NCBI GenBank assembly: GCA_030704615.1 | Contig: CM060733.1 | Location: forward strand, 50,654,001-50,718,000 | Length of the DNA stretch: 64,000 nucleotides | Origin: Takakia lepidozioides | Taxonomy: Eukaryota > Plantae > Bryophyta | Direction: 5' to 3' | Shown: in pieces, positions 49,260-61,900 of the stretch | Layout: each line of letters starts with the position of its first letter | Position numbering within the stretch: position 1 is the first letter of the stretch | The notes under the pieces: model-generated | Databases searched by the model: none | What the model saw: the letters and a program-made list of their open reading frames with translations, nothing else | Told to the model about the DNA's origin: nothing | Program-made: the position numbers and the translations under genes

Positions 49260-49640
49260 GCGGAATTCAACATGGAAATTTAGGGCAGATTTTGATAAGA
49301 AGAAAAAACAGGGTGAAATGTGTTGAAGAATGTGCCTCATTAGCAGTGCCTGATTTTATCCATTGTGCCGCTGGTGCTGCGGCTTCTAGTTGACCATCTG
49401 TTTCTTGTTTGGTATGTTAATAACGTCTAAGTGGATGCAATGGATAGAAAGGATGGATACAATGGATGTAACACATCCAGTCTGCATTGCCTAGAAAGGG
49501 CTGATCAACCCGCGGTAATAGGTGCCACCCGTGGTAAAAGGCCCTGCATGTTCGCTCCGGCATGCTGACGTGCCGTGAGCCTGTGCTGGGCTCATGGGCT
49601 CACAGGCTTACGCCTCCAGGCTCAAGGAATAGCAGCCCCC
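49260..49640. mobile_element. Short relic with MULE-family terminus-like motif
   Basis: GCTCAAGGAATAGCAGCCC (49620-49638); CCGCGGTAATAGG resembles the reverse complement of ~12672-12683; 49274-49341 is an inverted homolog of ~12990-13058. Confidence 0.45.
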
Positions 49641-51359
49641 CTTTGAGCATGGTGGATTTTTTCACCATTTCAGAAGTACAGGTGGACAACGTAGACCACT
49701 CCTGCGCTGAAGAAGCCGACGTTCATGTTAAGGCACAAACTGAGAGTGCGAATGGGTACTAACATGGGCCCTCACAACGAAGTTTAAGCCATTTCCATTC
49801 TGGTCGTCACCATCTCGCATAACTGAAAGAAGCCATGCATTTGGCACACGAAGAATGCATTGGAGGGAAGAGCAAGACATTGGCAACACAATGCCAATGG
49901 GAACACAATGCGACGACGTAAAAAAAAGTCCACAAAATTCACATTAATCTCTGAACCCTAAAGACAGACTTATGGAGGCCTTCTAGCTTCACCTGCAACA
50001 CGAGAATGATATAGGCAGATCAACAGAAGCTCCCGAGCATGGGGAAAGCAGTTGCGCAGCAAAGCAAATGAAAAAGAAGACGTTTCGGTATACGTACACT
50101 TCCTTCCAAATCGTGTTGCACAAGATCCAAGCGCTACTTACATGAAAAAGCGGGCGAAGGGTGTGTAACCAAAGCAAATGAGAAACATGAAATAGGAAAG
50201 ACTGACGCTGCTGAGAACCTCCTCCGAAAACGCTTTCCTACGAGGCATATCTTTCACTAAACTTGCCACAACGTCTGCACATGATATTTCCAGAACACGC
50301 ACTACGGCATCGATAGAGACGGTGGCACGGTTCAAGAGACGGTGGTGAGGAGAGACGTTCCCTCGCATACGAAGCGTCGCCTTCAGCGTCTGTGTAAGCA
50401 GCTGACAATCACTTCCGCAAAGCACGATCACGTCCTAATCTGTATGCAATTATGAACAATGCATGTATGAACAGACATGCATACATGTGGGAAGATGCAT
50501 GCATGTATGACAACCTTCACATATGGATGCATGCATCGCGGTAATACAGTTGAAGTAAAACTGTTTCATGTAGTACGTGGGTGACGGCCTCCCAGCCTCA
50601 TGGGGGCGGGCAGGGGAGACAGGAAGCCCAATCCCTGGCGACTGCGGGCTTGCCGCGGGGGGGGGGGGGGGGGGGGAGGGGGAGGCCGCGTAGGCAGCCC
50701 CGCTGATGGCGCATTAAACTCTAGGGCCTCTTCTATTACTTGCCAAAACCCTGAAAGACTCCTGTCACACTTAAAATACAAATATTCATCAAATGAAGCT
50801 CATTAATATCAAGCACATGTTCAACTACTGAAGGTATATCTGTTATGTTTGGTTGCTTTCTGGTGAAGGTGCATCAAGATCTTCTCCCATTTTGCACTGA
50901 TGCGGGGTCTCTTCTTGAGTGAGGAGCCAATAAAACCTCTCTCTGCCTGCATAGCAAGTGATTCTGAAAACTCAAGAAGGACCATTGTCTGCATCTCCAC
51001 GCATCATCTGCAGTGTTGGGCATAGAACTGTAATGAGGCCAAAATTTTGATTTAAAAGACAGTTTTGATTACATTCTCAATGCCAAGAAGTGGAGGACTT
51101 CAATCTGAACTAAGAGGTCAATTGACCCTGCTGCTGCAATAGCTCTACAATGGGCAGAAGATTACACAGATTCAGACACCCACTCCCTCAGCAACTAACT
51201 AACCCTAGCCTGTAAACAGTTCCTGCTAAACCTCATCCTGTTAGCTAACTGCGCAGAGGAGTACTAGTTTAATATTTAGTATGACAGTTGTACAGCTGAA
51301 AGTTTGGACTGTGAACATTACTAAGTATGGAATAAGTTAGCACTGTCAAAGAAACTAGA

Positions 51360-54300
51360 TCACTGAGAACCAGCAAACTGGTTTCGTTGCTCATTGACCA
51401 GCCTTTGAAACTCTGTCTGGCTAGTGCTGATAATGTTCTTGGCGGCATCAAATGTTGTCAACCGGATGCTGCACACAACTCGTGATCAAATAAACTTTTT
51501 AGGCTGAATTCCAAAAAATGTAAGCCGTGTTCATTAGTGGTCGGATGAAACATGTAATGTGTATAGCAAAATCTCACAAATTGAGACCGACACAACCATA
51601 CTACGGCTTTCAAATGGGAGTGAGAATGTTTCGTCTCTTTTGAGACTGCAACTTACCTGCTGTTGGGTAGGTTTTTCAGAGCATTCGGAACAAAGCCTCG
51701 ATACAACCCAAGAAAGCCATCACGGGCAATAATACCTGCATAAGAATGTAAAATTCGGACTCCATAAACACTCGACCAAGATTATGCTCCATTCAATCCA
51801 TATTCATATAGTCTCCTTACAATAGATCCATTACAAATAAGGCACTCATTTGTTTAAGAACACAAGGCTGCACTGTGCCTCACTGGAAATGTTGGTCAAC
51901 CACACACGCACCAAAGTCACAAAATAACAAAATACGTGCAGAACCAGATGAAGGCGAACCTTTCGCAGTGGTTACTGGCCAAGATACCTTATCCTCACAA
52001 TGAAACTTCCTCATCTTCATCTAACTATGTTGATTCTAGACCGTGATTATCTGTCTGAATCCAATATCACGTCTGACCTGCTTACAGAGAGTACAAGATA
52101 AGATGCTACATGTCAAGGATTGGAGTGGTGTCCATAACTAAATCACATTGCTTCTAATGTAGGAATTCTACCTGGACACATCTTGAAGGATCCTAAATTT
52201 GACTAGCTGGGTTATGTTGAACTCATATTCTGTGGCAAAAAGAACATCATGGGGCAATAATCATCTGCCTGCGGTATACCTCCCTTCACCACAAACAACT
52301 GAGGTTTCACCTCTATTACTCTCCAAAACTTACAAGTCAAAAATACAGAAGTTGAGAGCAATGTAAGGTGCGATGCCCAATAGTGACGGGCCTAGACCCC
52401 TCCCAAATGATGCAACTCCCTCATCGCGTAGCATTGCAACTGCCACCTGACCCCACCATAGACTGTTAATTATAGCCTGCGATCACTCGCTAGATTTTCA
52501 CTTCCTCTGTCACACAATTTACTCTTGTTAAAACATAAAACTAGTTCAGTTACATGCGCCCCTGCCAAATTACAAATCTGGAACAGAATGAAATCCTTTT
52601 GAGGTTACTTGAATGGAATTTGAACATCCACATAAGCTAACATATGTAAAGCCTACCTACGAATGAGCTCACAAACTACTAAAATTTTGTCAAGTACACT
52701 CTGGTCAAGTGCAAATCCTGTCCAAATAAACAATGAACAAAGCAGGTGAGTAACAGAAGTACCTGACCCATAGACTTTGTAGCTGGATCCACAGCCAACC
52801 GTAGTCGCAAAACATCCAATGGATATGTCACCTGGCCAGCAGCGGATGTTCACAGAGGAAACTCACTTCAAATGGAATGAAAAACATTTACAAATGCCAA
52901 AGCCAGAATTACCATACATGTGACTCCCCACGTTATGTCTCCCAAACCTGTTTCTCTTCTTGCAACCCACTTAACAACTTTCAACTGAAACAAATATAAG
53001 ACCTGCTAATATTGGTTTTTTACCAGAGTGGACGTCATTCCAGCACATGCGCCTGCTGCTAGCCTGCCCACCACAGAAATCTCCTGCCTTTCTCCCTTGA
53101 GAAGTTTCTGCATTTTACAAATTACAGACCGAAGTACCTCGCAGTAGCTGATGAGAAATCTTCAAATCCGACACATTAGGTGCAGATCTTTCACTAAGCA
53201 TGTTTACAAATGGCTATACAGCAAAGTTTTCAATCCCAGTGTTCTTGCTTATATATAGGAGCTAGCATTGTCCAGGTAAGGCTAATTTCTGGCGGAAACA
53301 ACTAGAAGCGGATGTGTTTTTTCCTTGAAACAATTCCCTGGTATCTTCTCTCCAACTGAACTTTATGCTAAGAGTCTTGTGTACATTCTCACGACTATAG
53401 ACATTTTGAGTTTTGATTTCGCTGTCTTGCCTATTTTCCAGTAAAAATGGATTGTATAATACACAATTGACAAGGGTCAGATAGCAAATTTTCACTAGTC
53501 TTACCTTATATGACTCGTAGGCAAAAAGCTGCACTGCACTGTAGGGTATCACTCGGATCACCTGCCACACAAACCCCAAAAGTGTTTTGAGTCAAACTTC
53601 TAATTTAAAACTCTTTCTCTCCAACGAGCTTCCATTGACAGAACTCCACCCGAATATTTGTTGGCGCATACCTGTGGAATGTTTCCCCTCCCCAATAACC
53701 TTTGAATGCCTTTCTTCCGCTCCCCAATCTTCATTATTGCCTGTAGTTCAAACAGTGGATGCCATTAGTGCGGGTATCACTCTGATCACCTGCCCCACAA
53801 AAAGGGTATCACTCTGATCACCTGCCCCACAAAACCCCAAAAGTGTTTTGAGTCAAACTTCTAATTTAAAACTCTTTCTCTCCAACGAGCTTCCATTGAC
53901 AGAACTCCACCCCGAGATTTGTTGGCGCATACCTGTGTAATGTTTCCCCTCCAATAACCTTTGATGCCTTCTTCGCTCCCAATCTTCATTATTGCCTGTA
54001 GTTCAACAGTGATGCCATTAGTGGCAAGTTGGGGTTTCCACAATCGGACTGCTGACATCTGTTGAAGTTTCTTGCCAACATGCTCTCTTTGATTTACATT
54101 CAACAAGCTACAAAGGAATGGACAATTACACTACACGACCTTAATATATGGGTGGGCGAACTGGAAGGAACTGTCTCATACCTCTGATGCTTACCTCTAT
54201 AAAGCCGATTCCCCTCTTGGTGCCCTCTTGAGCCATTCGCACCCCATGTACCTGCACACGAAACCAGAACCCAACATTTAACACCGTACTCTGGCACACA

Positions 54301-54852
54301 TTATCGTCATCCCTTCATCCAAACACAACACTGATGTTCAAAAGACATGTACAACTGAAATCGACAGAAAAACCAAAAATGCCGAGACTTCAAAAATGAA
54401 GTCCCTGAACCTCCGAAAGGGTTTAAGAGCCACAATGGCATCTCTCTGCTTTTCCCCACACACATGCTTGTGAATGCACTTCTAAACTGTGTAATTCTAC
54501 TGCAGGTTCATACTCCAGATTGAAATCCTCAAAACAAGTAGAAACCTCAAGTAGTCACTGCAAATTCTGATCTATGCCCTAAAATAAGGGCATACAGTGC
54601 CCTCGATTTTTTTCCAGCTTTCTACCCAACTCTCAGGAAACGCACAACAAGGTTTCACCAATACCTCACCTGCATAAGAAGTTTGATTCTGTCCAACGGG
54701 GCTGTCACAGTCTTTGCAGCAGCTCCCGCTACAGCCCCAGCGGCAAACAATGCCAACTCCTTTGGGGCATAGCTGATGATGGCTACTGGGTGTTTCAACA
54801 ATTGCTCAATGCTGGGCTGCTCTCTCACCATATCCTCCGCCTTCACCTGCAT
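51360..54852 (-). CDS. TAAC: Mitochondrial carrier family protein, thylakoid/envelope ADP,ATP (PAPS) carrier-like; one internal exon apparently missing
   Basis: Exons 54852-54670, 54251-54195, 53995-53933, 53561-53505, 53107-53024, 52831-52763, 52446-52334, 51735-51657, 51468-51360. Motifs AKTVTAPLDRIKLLMQ, VIRVIPYSAVQLFAYE, VTYPLDVLRLRLAVDP, GIAPYIALNF, LYRGFVPNALKNLPNSSIRLTTFD. Start codon uncertain. Confidence 0.85.
53543..54023. repeat. ~260-bp tandem duplication of a TAAC exon/intron segment, one copy with many homopolymer indels
   Basis: ~53543-53770 versus ~53804-54023; GGGTATCACTC(G/T)GATCACCTGCC occurs three times. Confidence 0.85.
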
Positions 54853-55983
54853 GCCTCCCACCCGGGAGTAGCAAATCCAGAACCAGCAGGAACCCTACTA
54901 GGGTCACCGATATTACCGCGCTGATCAGTGCCCCTTTACTATTCACTACCTCTGTTTCACCCCAAGCTCGGCTCCGACACGTGCCTATAACTCGTTGGTT
55001 ACAATACTATCAAATTTCTCCCAACCATTGGTTGAATGCCACGTAGTTTATTCTCGCTGGTAATTTTGTTCTGGCTGAAGAAATGGCCAGGATTAAGTTA
55101 TTTACTAGTTACTAGTTACTGCGCTGGGGCTGTCCTGCCTCTTTCTCGAGCGCAGCTATGGTAGAGCGTGAAGCTGTGTCCTTGCTGTGCCCACTTTGAT
55201 TGATCATCCCATCAGCCCGAGGACTTGTGCAGTGCGGGTTAGCGTTGAAGTTGGATCTGAGGCATACCGATGGATTTTTGTGCGGCTGTATAGTGCACTG
55301 TTTGGTTGTCCCTAGTGATCATCTCTGTCACTTCTTTTTCCACCGCTCTATACGTACCGGAGCTTTCATACAGAGTTTCTGTGTAACTTGGTTTCAAATG
55401 CTGGGGTCCACCTCGAAGTGCAGTCGTTGCTGAGTCGATGGTGGAGAATGGCCGTTATTCTAGGTGCAGGAGAGGAATTGCTTGTGCCTGGGCTTCGAGT
55501 TGCTTCGAGGATCTGAACATGCCGGATATGCTTTTTTGGATGTGACTTTTGCTTTTGTTCGTGTGTGTTGTTACAGACGCGTGAGCTGTTCAAGAATTAT
55601 AACTAGCATGAGTGAGGTGATCTCATTCACCGAGTAGTTGTGCGGACTGTTTTAACATGGAAGTCATTATTCCCTGCCTTACAGTTGGAAACCTACCATA
55701 CTGTACAATCGTCCCACTTCCTTCCCCACGGTCTCCCCATTGTGTCTGAACTCTGCCAAAGTGCTTTGTCGGTGCGCGTGAGAAGACATGAATACTGGAG
55801 GACACTCTAATGGAGACCAGTCATGGACATAGCACTCTTTCCTAGAACACGGTGTCCAAGCTAATTTGAAGAGGTTTACCCATGAGAAATTCTCTTCCAA
55901 TGTAGAGTCATCAGAGGCCATCTTAAAAAATAATTATTTAAGCAGGAAGGAGGCGTGTGTAAGGCTCCAGTAATCCAGCAGCC

Positions 55984-58900
55984 ATGCATTTTCCAAAGCT
56001 GGATGATTCGCCTATGTTTCGGAAACAGGTGGATTCACTTCACTTTCGTCTCCTAGCATTCATGTGTAGCCCTATCGTTACATGCAGTTTTTTTTGTGGT
56101 CTGAATTTAGCATTGACTGCATAGTTTAATTATCTCTCTCTGAATATGTTAATTTGTTTCCCTTGTCATTGTGTATTTTGAGGTCTCTTGAGCTTAAACT
56201 TCTTTGCCACTGATAGATATGAAATTTATGCAAGGTCCATTATCGATTTCTGAGGTTGAGAGGCCTATGTTTTGGAATTTTTTGTCAAGTTCAAGTGACT
56301 GTATTTTGTCTTCTGCTACACCTAATAATGTAGATGTTCCTCGAAGAAAGTACGGCTACTAGTCGGCGACATATAATCCCTTTAAGACTGATCAACTCCA
56401 TGTTTAGACTGGCGAAAGTGATTTGACTTCTCAGAACTGTACTGCTGGCTTTGTCTGTATTTGTTATTTCTGAAATGAGCTCTTGGATGGTCTTTGAGAT
56501 AAACCTTCGACAGTTGACTTAGCTGGATGATTGTAGAGGTGTAGTTAGCAACAATGTGGTGTGTAACCTTCCTCTACTCAGTTTTTCCCAAGTTCTGCGA
56601 AGGACCAATATTTCGCAATTGATTAATGTGTTCGGAGACATTAATCGCCAATCTGGCTTGTGGTGTGTATGTGTCTTTGCTGGAGAAAATTTGGCCGAAT
56701 TAGGGAGGTGATGTTGTTATTGTGTGACCTTTTGTTTTTGAACCTGTGAAAAGGACTGCCTCTTGGACAGATGATCTCAAGGACTTATTTGTGGCCTTCT
56801 ATGGAAGCCATGCCTTATTCTGAAATTGTGGAGCCTAGGCTAAGTTTCACGCTCTTTTGCAGCTTCAAGCACTTGAGGAAAGTGCAGAGGCATTGAGGGA
56901 GCGATGTCAACGATTTTACAAGGGGTGTCGGAAATACACGTGATTTTCCAACTGCTGCAATTGCCTTGCATGTGCATTTATTGTGGATCATAGTGGCACC
57001 CCTGTGCTCTGGCACAAATTTCCTCCTGATTTAAAACTTGCTGCAAGTACAAACATATGTATAGGGAATGCAATGCCTTTCCGGAGTGCATCTACATATG
57101 GAAGTGTGGTGTGTTCTGTCAAATAACCTGGATATGGGAGTCCAGTTGTGCATGAGTTGAGTGATTGTTTCATCATGTGCAATCACAGGGAGGGACTTGG
57201 AGAAGCATATGACGGGGACATCGCTTTTGCAAGTGCTTTGGAAACTTTTGGAGGAGGCCATGATGATCCCATCAGTGTTGCTGTTGGAGGTTCTCCCTTT
57301 AGCGGCAGTGTCTCTTTTTTCCTTATCTAGCCTTTCATTAGATAACATCTTATGCTTGCTGGCAGAGTGGTCTTTGGTGAACAAGGATGCAGATCGAGTA
57401 TGTTTCATATATAATGCAATTATGGTGTAGGTTATCTTGTACTTCCCTCATGTCTATATGTGCTACCACCCGTGCAGTCTTCCTGGATTTTGTAGTATTT
57501 TGGCCACCCTTCATTACTGTCTCTGAGATGGACTTGGGCTCGATCTTTTGGTGCAGAGTACTAATCACTTTTTGGGATGCAATTTCCTCTTCCAGAGGTG
57601 CTTACACCTCAGTGGTGCCGTGCTGACATCTGTAGCTTCTGTCAAATTGATTAAACACTAGTTGCAATGTAACAGGGCCTGTGATGACAAAGTTCACCAT
57701 TGCTCTGAGAGAGATCGGGACTTATAAGGAGGTTCTTCGTTCACAGGTCCCTCATTTCACTTATTGGGGAACATGCTGGTCACTAGCTCGAAGACACTCT
57801 TTGAATGCAGCTGTCATATGATGTTAGGTTCTCTGAAATGATCGAGTGGGCTGAGAAAGCATGCAGGAGCTTAGAAATGTCAACGTGGTTGGATTCTTCT
57901 TTGCAGTATAAGGACAGCCGCAACATTTTCCCTATGACTGTAAATAAGATGTGTGGTTGGAGGCTTTTGCTTCTTTTCTGGTATTCTTCCTCTTCAGCTG
58001 TCAAGAACAGCAATAGTTGTAGCAATGACCATTAAGTTGTACTCGGTTATGCAGGTGGAGCACATGCTGAATGACCGCCTGGCGCAGTTTGTTAGTATTG
58101 ATCTCCAAGATGTCAAGGTGCACCTCTCTTTTCTAAGATAATGTATGTGACATTCTCTTTACCTCCCATGCCAAACAAAGCCAATGATATGGTGAAAACA
58201 CACAACAACCGCTGACATGGGTTTAGTGTCCACCCCATTCGTTGGGGGGTGTTGAAGCGGAGTGTATGAGTAATGACCCGATTTCTCTCCTTTGGGGGTG
58301 ACTGATGGCAGAACGTCAAGGTTGGTGAGGAGCTCTCGACTGAGGATATGGCAGGGCTGTTGTCATATCATAGCTGTGGTCATGGCGCCCAGTGGGGCTT
58401 TAAATTCTTGTTGCTGCAAGGAAGGACACGCTTCAATTTATCTGCTTAGGGTTCTGCAACTGATTGTTGTGGATTTGCAATCAGCTCTCTGGGTTGCCAG
58501 TTGTCTTGTCTTGTGCGTGTCTCCTCTTGGGAAGTATGCACATCCATTTTGTGCCTGCTATCGCTTTTGTCGTCATGCTAAGATGCAAACCTTTCTCCGT
58601 GATTGGTCATGGTTTGGAAGGGCATTGACCTGTAGTCCAACATGAAGTACTTTTTTGGGTTGTTAAGCTGTTGCTCCGTTTTTTACGAGCCTGCACCCCA
58701 TTTGGCTTCGTTGTTCTGCTCTCATAACCTTCTTGGCCAGGGGGCCCCAGAGACAATACTTCACTGAGGTCTAGCAAGTAATTCCCTTTCTCCTTGTTTG
58801 TCTGACTGGCTGTCTCCTCATGCTTGGTCCAACGCAGGTGTCCATTTCAGCAGTCGTGTGACCTTTCGTACTTCTCTCTTGCTTATTCTGGTTTCTGTTC

Positions 58901-61900
58901 TTTTGCGCAGGAAGTTCGGAAGCGGTTTGACAAGGCCAGCCTGCAGTATGACCAGGTGCGTCCTATTTGAATCTTGTGTATTTTTCTTCAGCGTAGTATT
59001 GAGTATTTCTGATGCTTGAGACAAACAGACAGACACTGTATACTATTTGGCAAATGATTTAGTTCGTACTGTTGGAGTGCTTAGTGGTGCCAAGGGTAGT
59101 TCTTCCACCCTCCCATTATTGTGACATTATCATATTGCTTGCTGCGGTAGAGCCAGACCTAAATACTGTGGTTTTGATATCTTTGCCTGACATGTTACTT
59201 GTTTCCTACCTATGATTCTGTAAAGGGCTTTTTCAAGGGCCGCGATTATGAAATGCCAGGGGCAAATGACTTGAAAATGTGCCACATGAAATTGTTGTGG
59301 TCATCCTTGCTTGATCTCTTAGGAGCAGCTTATTTCTCCTGAAATTTTGTTGTGGGGGACACATTCAGTTATGGTTGATCCAACAATGTTGGGCACAGGT
59401 GCGGGAGAAGTTCCTGGCACTGAAGAAGGATGCAAAATCGGAGGTCGTGGCAGAGGCCGAAGAGGTATGACTTGATCTGTGTGTCCAAATGGTAGACTTG
59501 GTAGCTTACACAGAGTGCCACAACTTCGTAATTCATGGAGCTTTTGTATCTATCTTGATTGGAAACCGGTACAAGGCAGATATGCCTGTGTAACTTCCAG
59601 ATGCTGTGAGACACCCAGGAACTTACTAGATTTTAGATTTTAATGCCTAGTTTCTAGGTGTCTTGTTCCTGAATCTAGAATGGAACAGAAGGGGGACATC
59701 TTAGACATACTGGTAGACGATGTAATGCCCTCTGGGAACTTATCCAGTATTCCAGGGAGTAAAAAATAAACTGCCCCACTCCCTACCCCTCACTCATGAG
59801 AAAGTTGACATGATAAACAGTGCCGCATGTAGTTTTTGCTTCACTTTCTTGTTGTAATGACACTTTGGACTTCCTTTTATCACAGGATTTGTGGAATGCA
59901 AGGTCCCAGTTCGAGCAGGCGCGTTTCAATTTGGTAGGTTCGATCTAGCATAAGGTGAATTGGTTGGTTCTAATCTCCGTAAACAGGCAACATGCCATTG
60001 GACATAAGAAGCTATCATGCACCTGTTTTTCACCTGTGGATGGTTGTATGCTTCCCTGTGGAGCTATTGGATGGATTCTGGTCACTTTTTCGGTCTTTAA
60101 TGGTATATGTTTCTGTCAACCTAATAGGGGTCACGGAATGATGGCAGATGACTGCTCTTTCAAATATAGAAGCCAAAAAGAAGTTTGAGTTCTTGGAAGC
60201 TGTGAGTGGATCCATGGACGCCCACCTCCGGTACTTCAAGCAGGTGATTTCCTGAAAGCTATCACTGTTCATTTGTCCGTTTCTTTGGCACAATTTTTTG
60301 TCCAATGTCAATAGTTGGGAAGGACTGAGGTTGAAGTTCCTTGCTTCTTGGGTATCACACAATCCTTTGAATTCGGTTTGGTTTGTCACAATTGTAGCCC
60401 TCCATGCGCAACTGGCAGCTGAGTCAATGCTATGCTGCCAGCTTTGGGGCTGCATTAACCTCAATGTCTGCTAGTCCGTGAATGGCCAGCCTTGCTGTAG
60501 AACCTGACTTGACCTGTCAGGCTGCTAGTGCCCTACATCAAGTGGTACACTAGTGACTCCTGAGCTGGGAGCTTAACCCTAGTCTGCAGCACTCTCCATA
60601 AAGGGCTCCTCTAAGATCTTTCCAAAGAGCAGTGTGCTCTACTGGTGGGGGTTGTCTTTGGATTGTTTCTAACCAGAAAAGAATGTTGAGTGTTCTGCAG
60701 GGATATGAATTGCTGCATCAAATGGAACCATACATACACCAGGTCATTTTTCAAGCCTATGTGTTTTATAGAATCTCTGCTTAGCAGCTTTATGCCAAAT
60801 TAACCTCATGGATACGTACAGTTTTGTGGGTGCCATCTTCATAATTTAAAGAAGGATCTGCATGCCAACACTATCACAGGTTATCCCGTTCTATAGGTTG
60901 AGACTCCAATGATCCCGTTTCAGCTGTTTCAGGTGCCATGATATAGTGGTTTTGTAGATGAACTTTCATGTGTTTATTGACCATACTGTGTCTACTTTTG
61001 TGACGACAACAAGTCTAGTGAGTTTGCGCAGATCGACTTTTGATTATTTTTTATCAAGGTGCTGTTACTTGTTCCTCCTTATTCAGAAGAGTATTGGTGG
61101 ACTGTGGCAGGTGCTTACCTATGCACAACAGTCAAGGGAGCGTGCCAACTATGAGCAGGCAGCACTTGCAGACCGGATGCAGGAGTATCGACGACAGATG
61201 GAGCGTGAGAATCAACGGTCATTCAGTGATGTGGATGCTTCCTCAACTGGAGATGGCATTCAGGCTGTTGGTCGGAGTTCGCACAAGTTGATCGAGGCTG
61301 TTATGCAGTCTACTCCCAGAGGCAAGGTGTGTCCTCAATTAGTAGAAAAGAATTAAGTGGCCTAAGTAGAAATTACTCTTGCAAGTCTATAATCTCACCC
61401 TTTACCTTCTCATGGATAGGCTCTATGGGTTGTATTTTTGAGAGGTGCAGCGCAGGGCCAGGGTTGTGTGCATGTGGTTGTGAGAGAGAAGGGAGGCACT
61501 CCATCTGAAGTGCCCTGTAGTGGATGAGCAGTTTTGCTGTTCTTTCAGCAGGGAGAGACTTCTTGTAGAATTGAATGCGCTTTCCAAATATTTGAGTTGA
61601 ATAGGTCTTCCATGTTCTTGTGGCTCAGATCCAAACAATAAAGCAGGGTTACCTTTTAAAGCGATCCTCAAATTTGCGAGGTGATTGGAAACGGAGGTTT
61701 TTTGTGTTGGACAGCCGAGGGATGTTGTACTATTATCGCAAACAATGGGGGAAACCAACAGTAGGTTTCTGCTTTGCTCTGTTATTCTTCTAGTTATAAA
61801 TGGTGCTTTCAGAACATTCTTCTGTTGTTTTGTGTGGAGCTATGTCAGTCAGGTCCTGCGCTAGAAGAGTAATGAGGAGTAATGAGATTTGTACCCGGGG

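Noticed and set aside
50655-50685. Poly-G run and poly-Pro/Gly ORFs
   Set aside because: Simple repeat with no coding support.
53670-53745. Mutually exclusive alternative TAAC exon
   Set aside because: The duplicate has multiple homopolymer insertions typical of uncorrected long-read error or decay.
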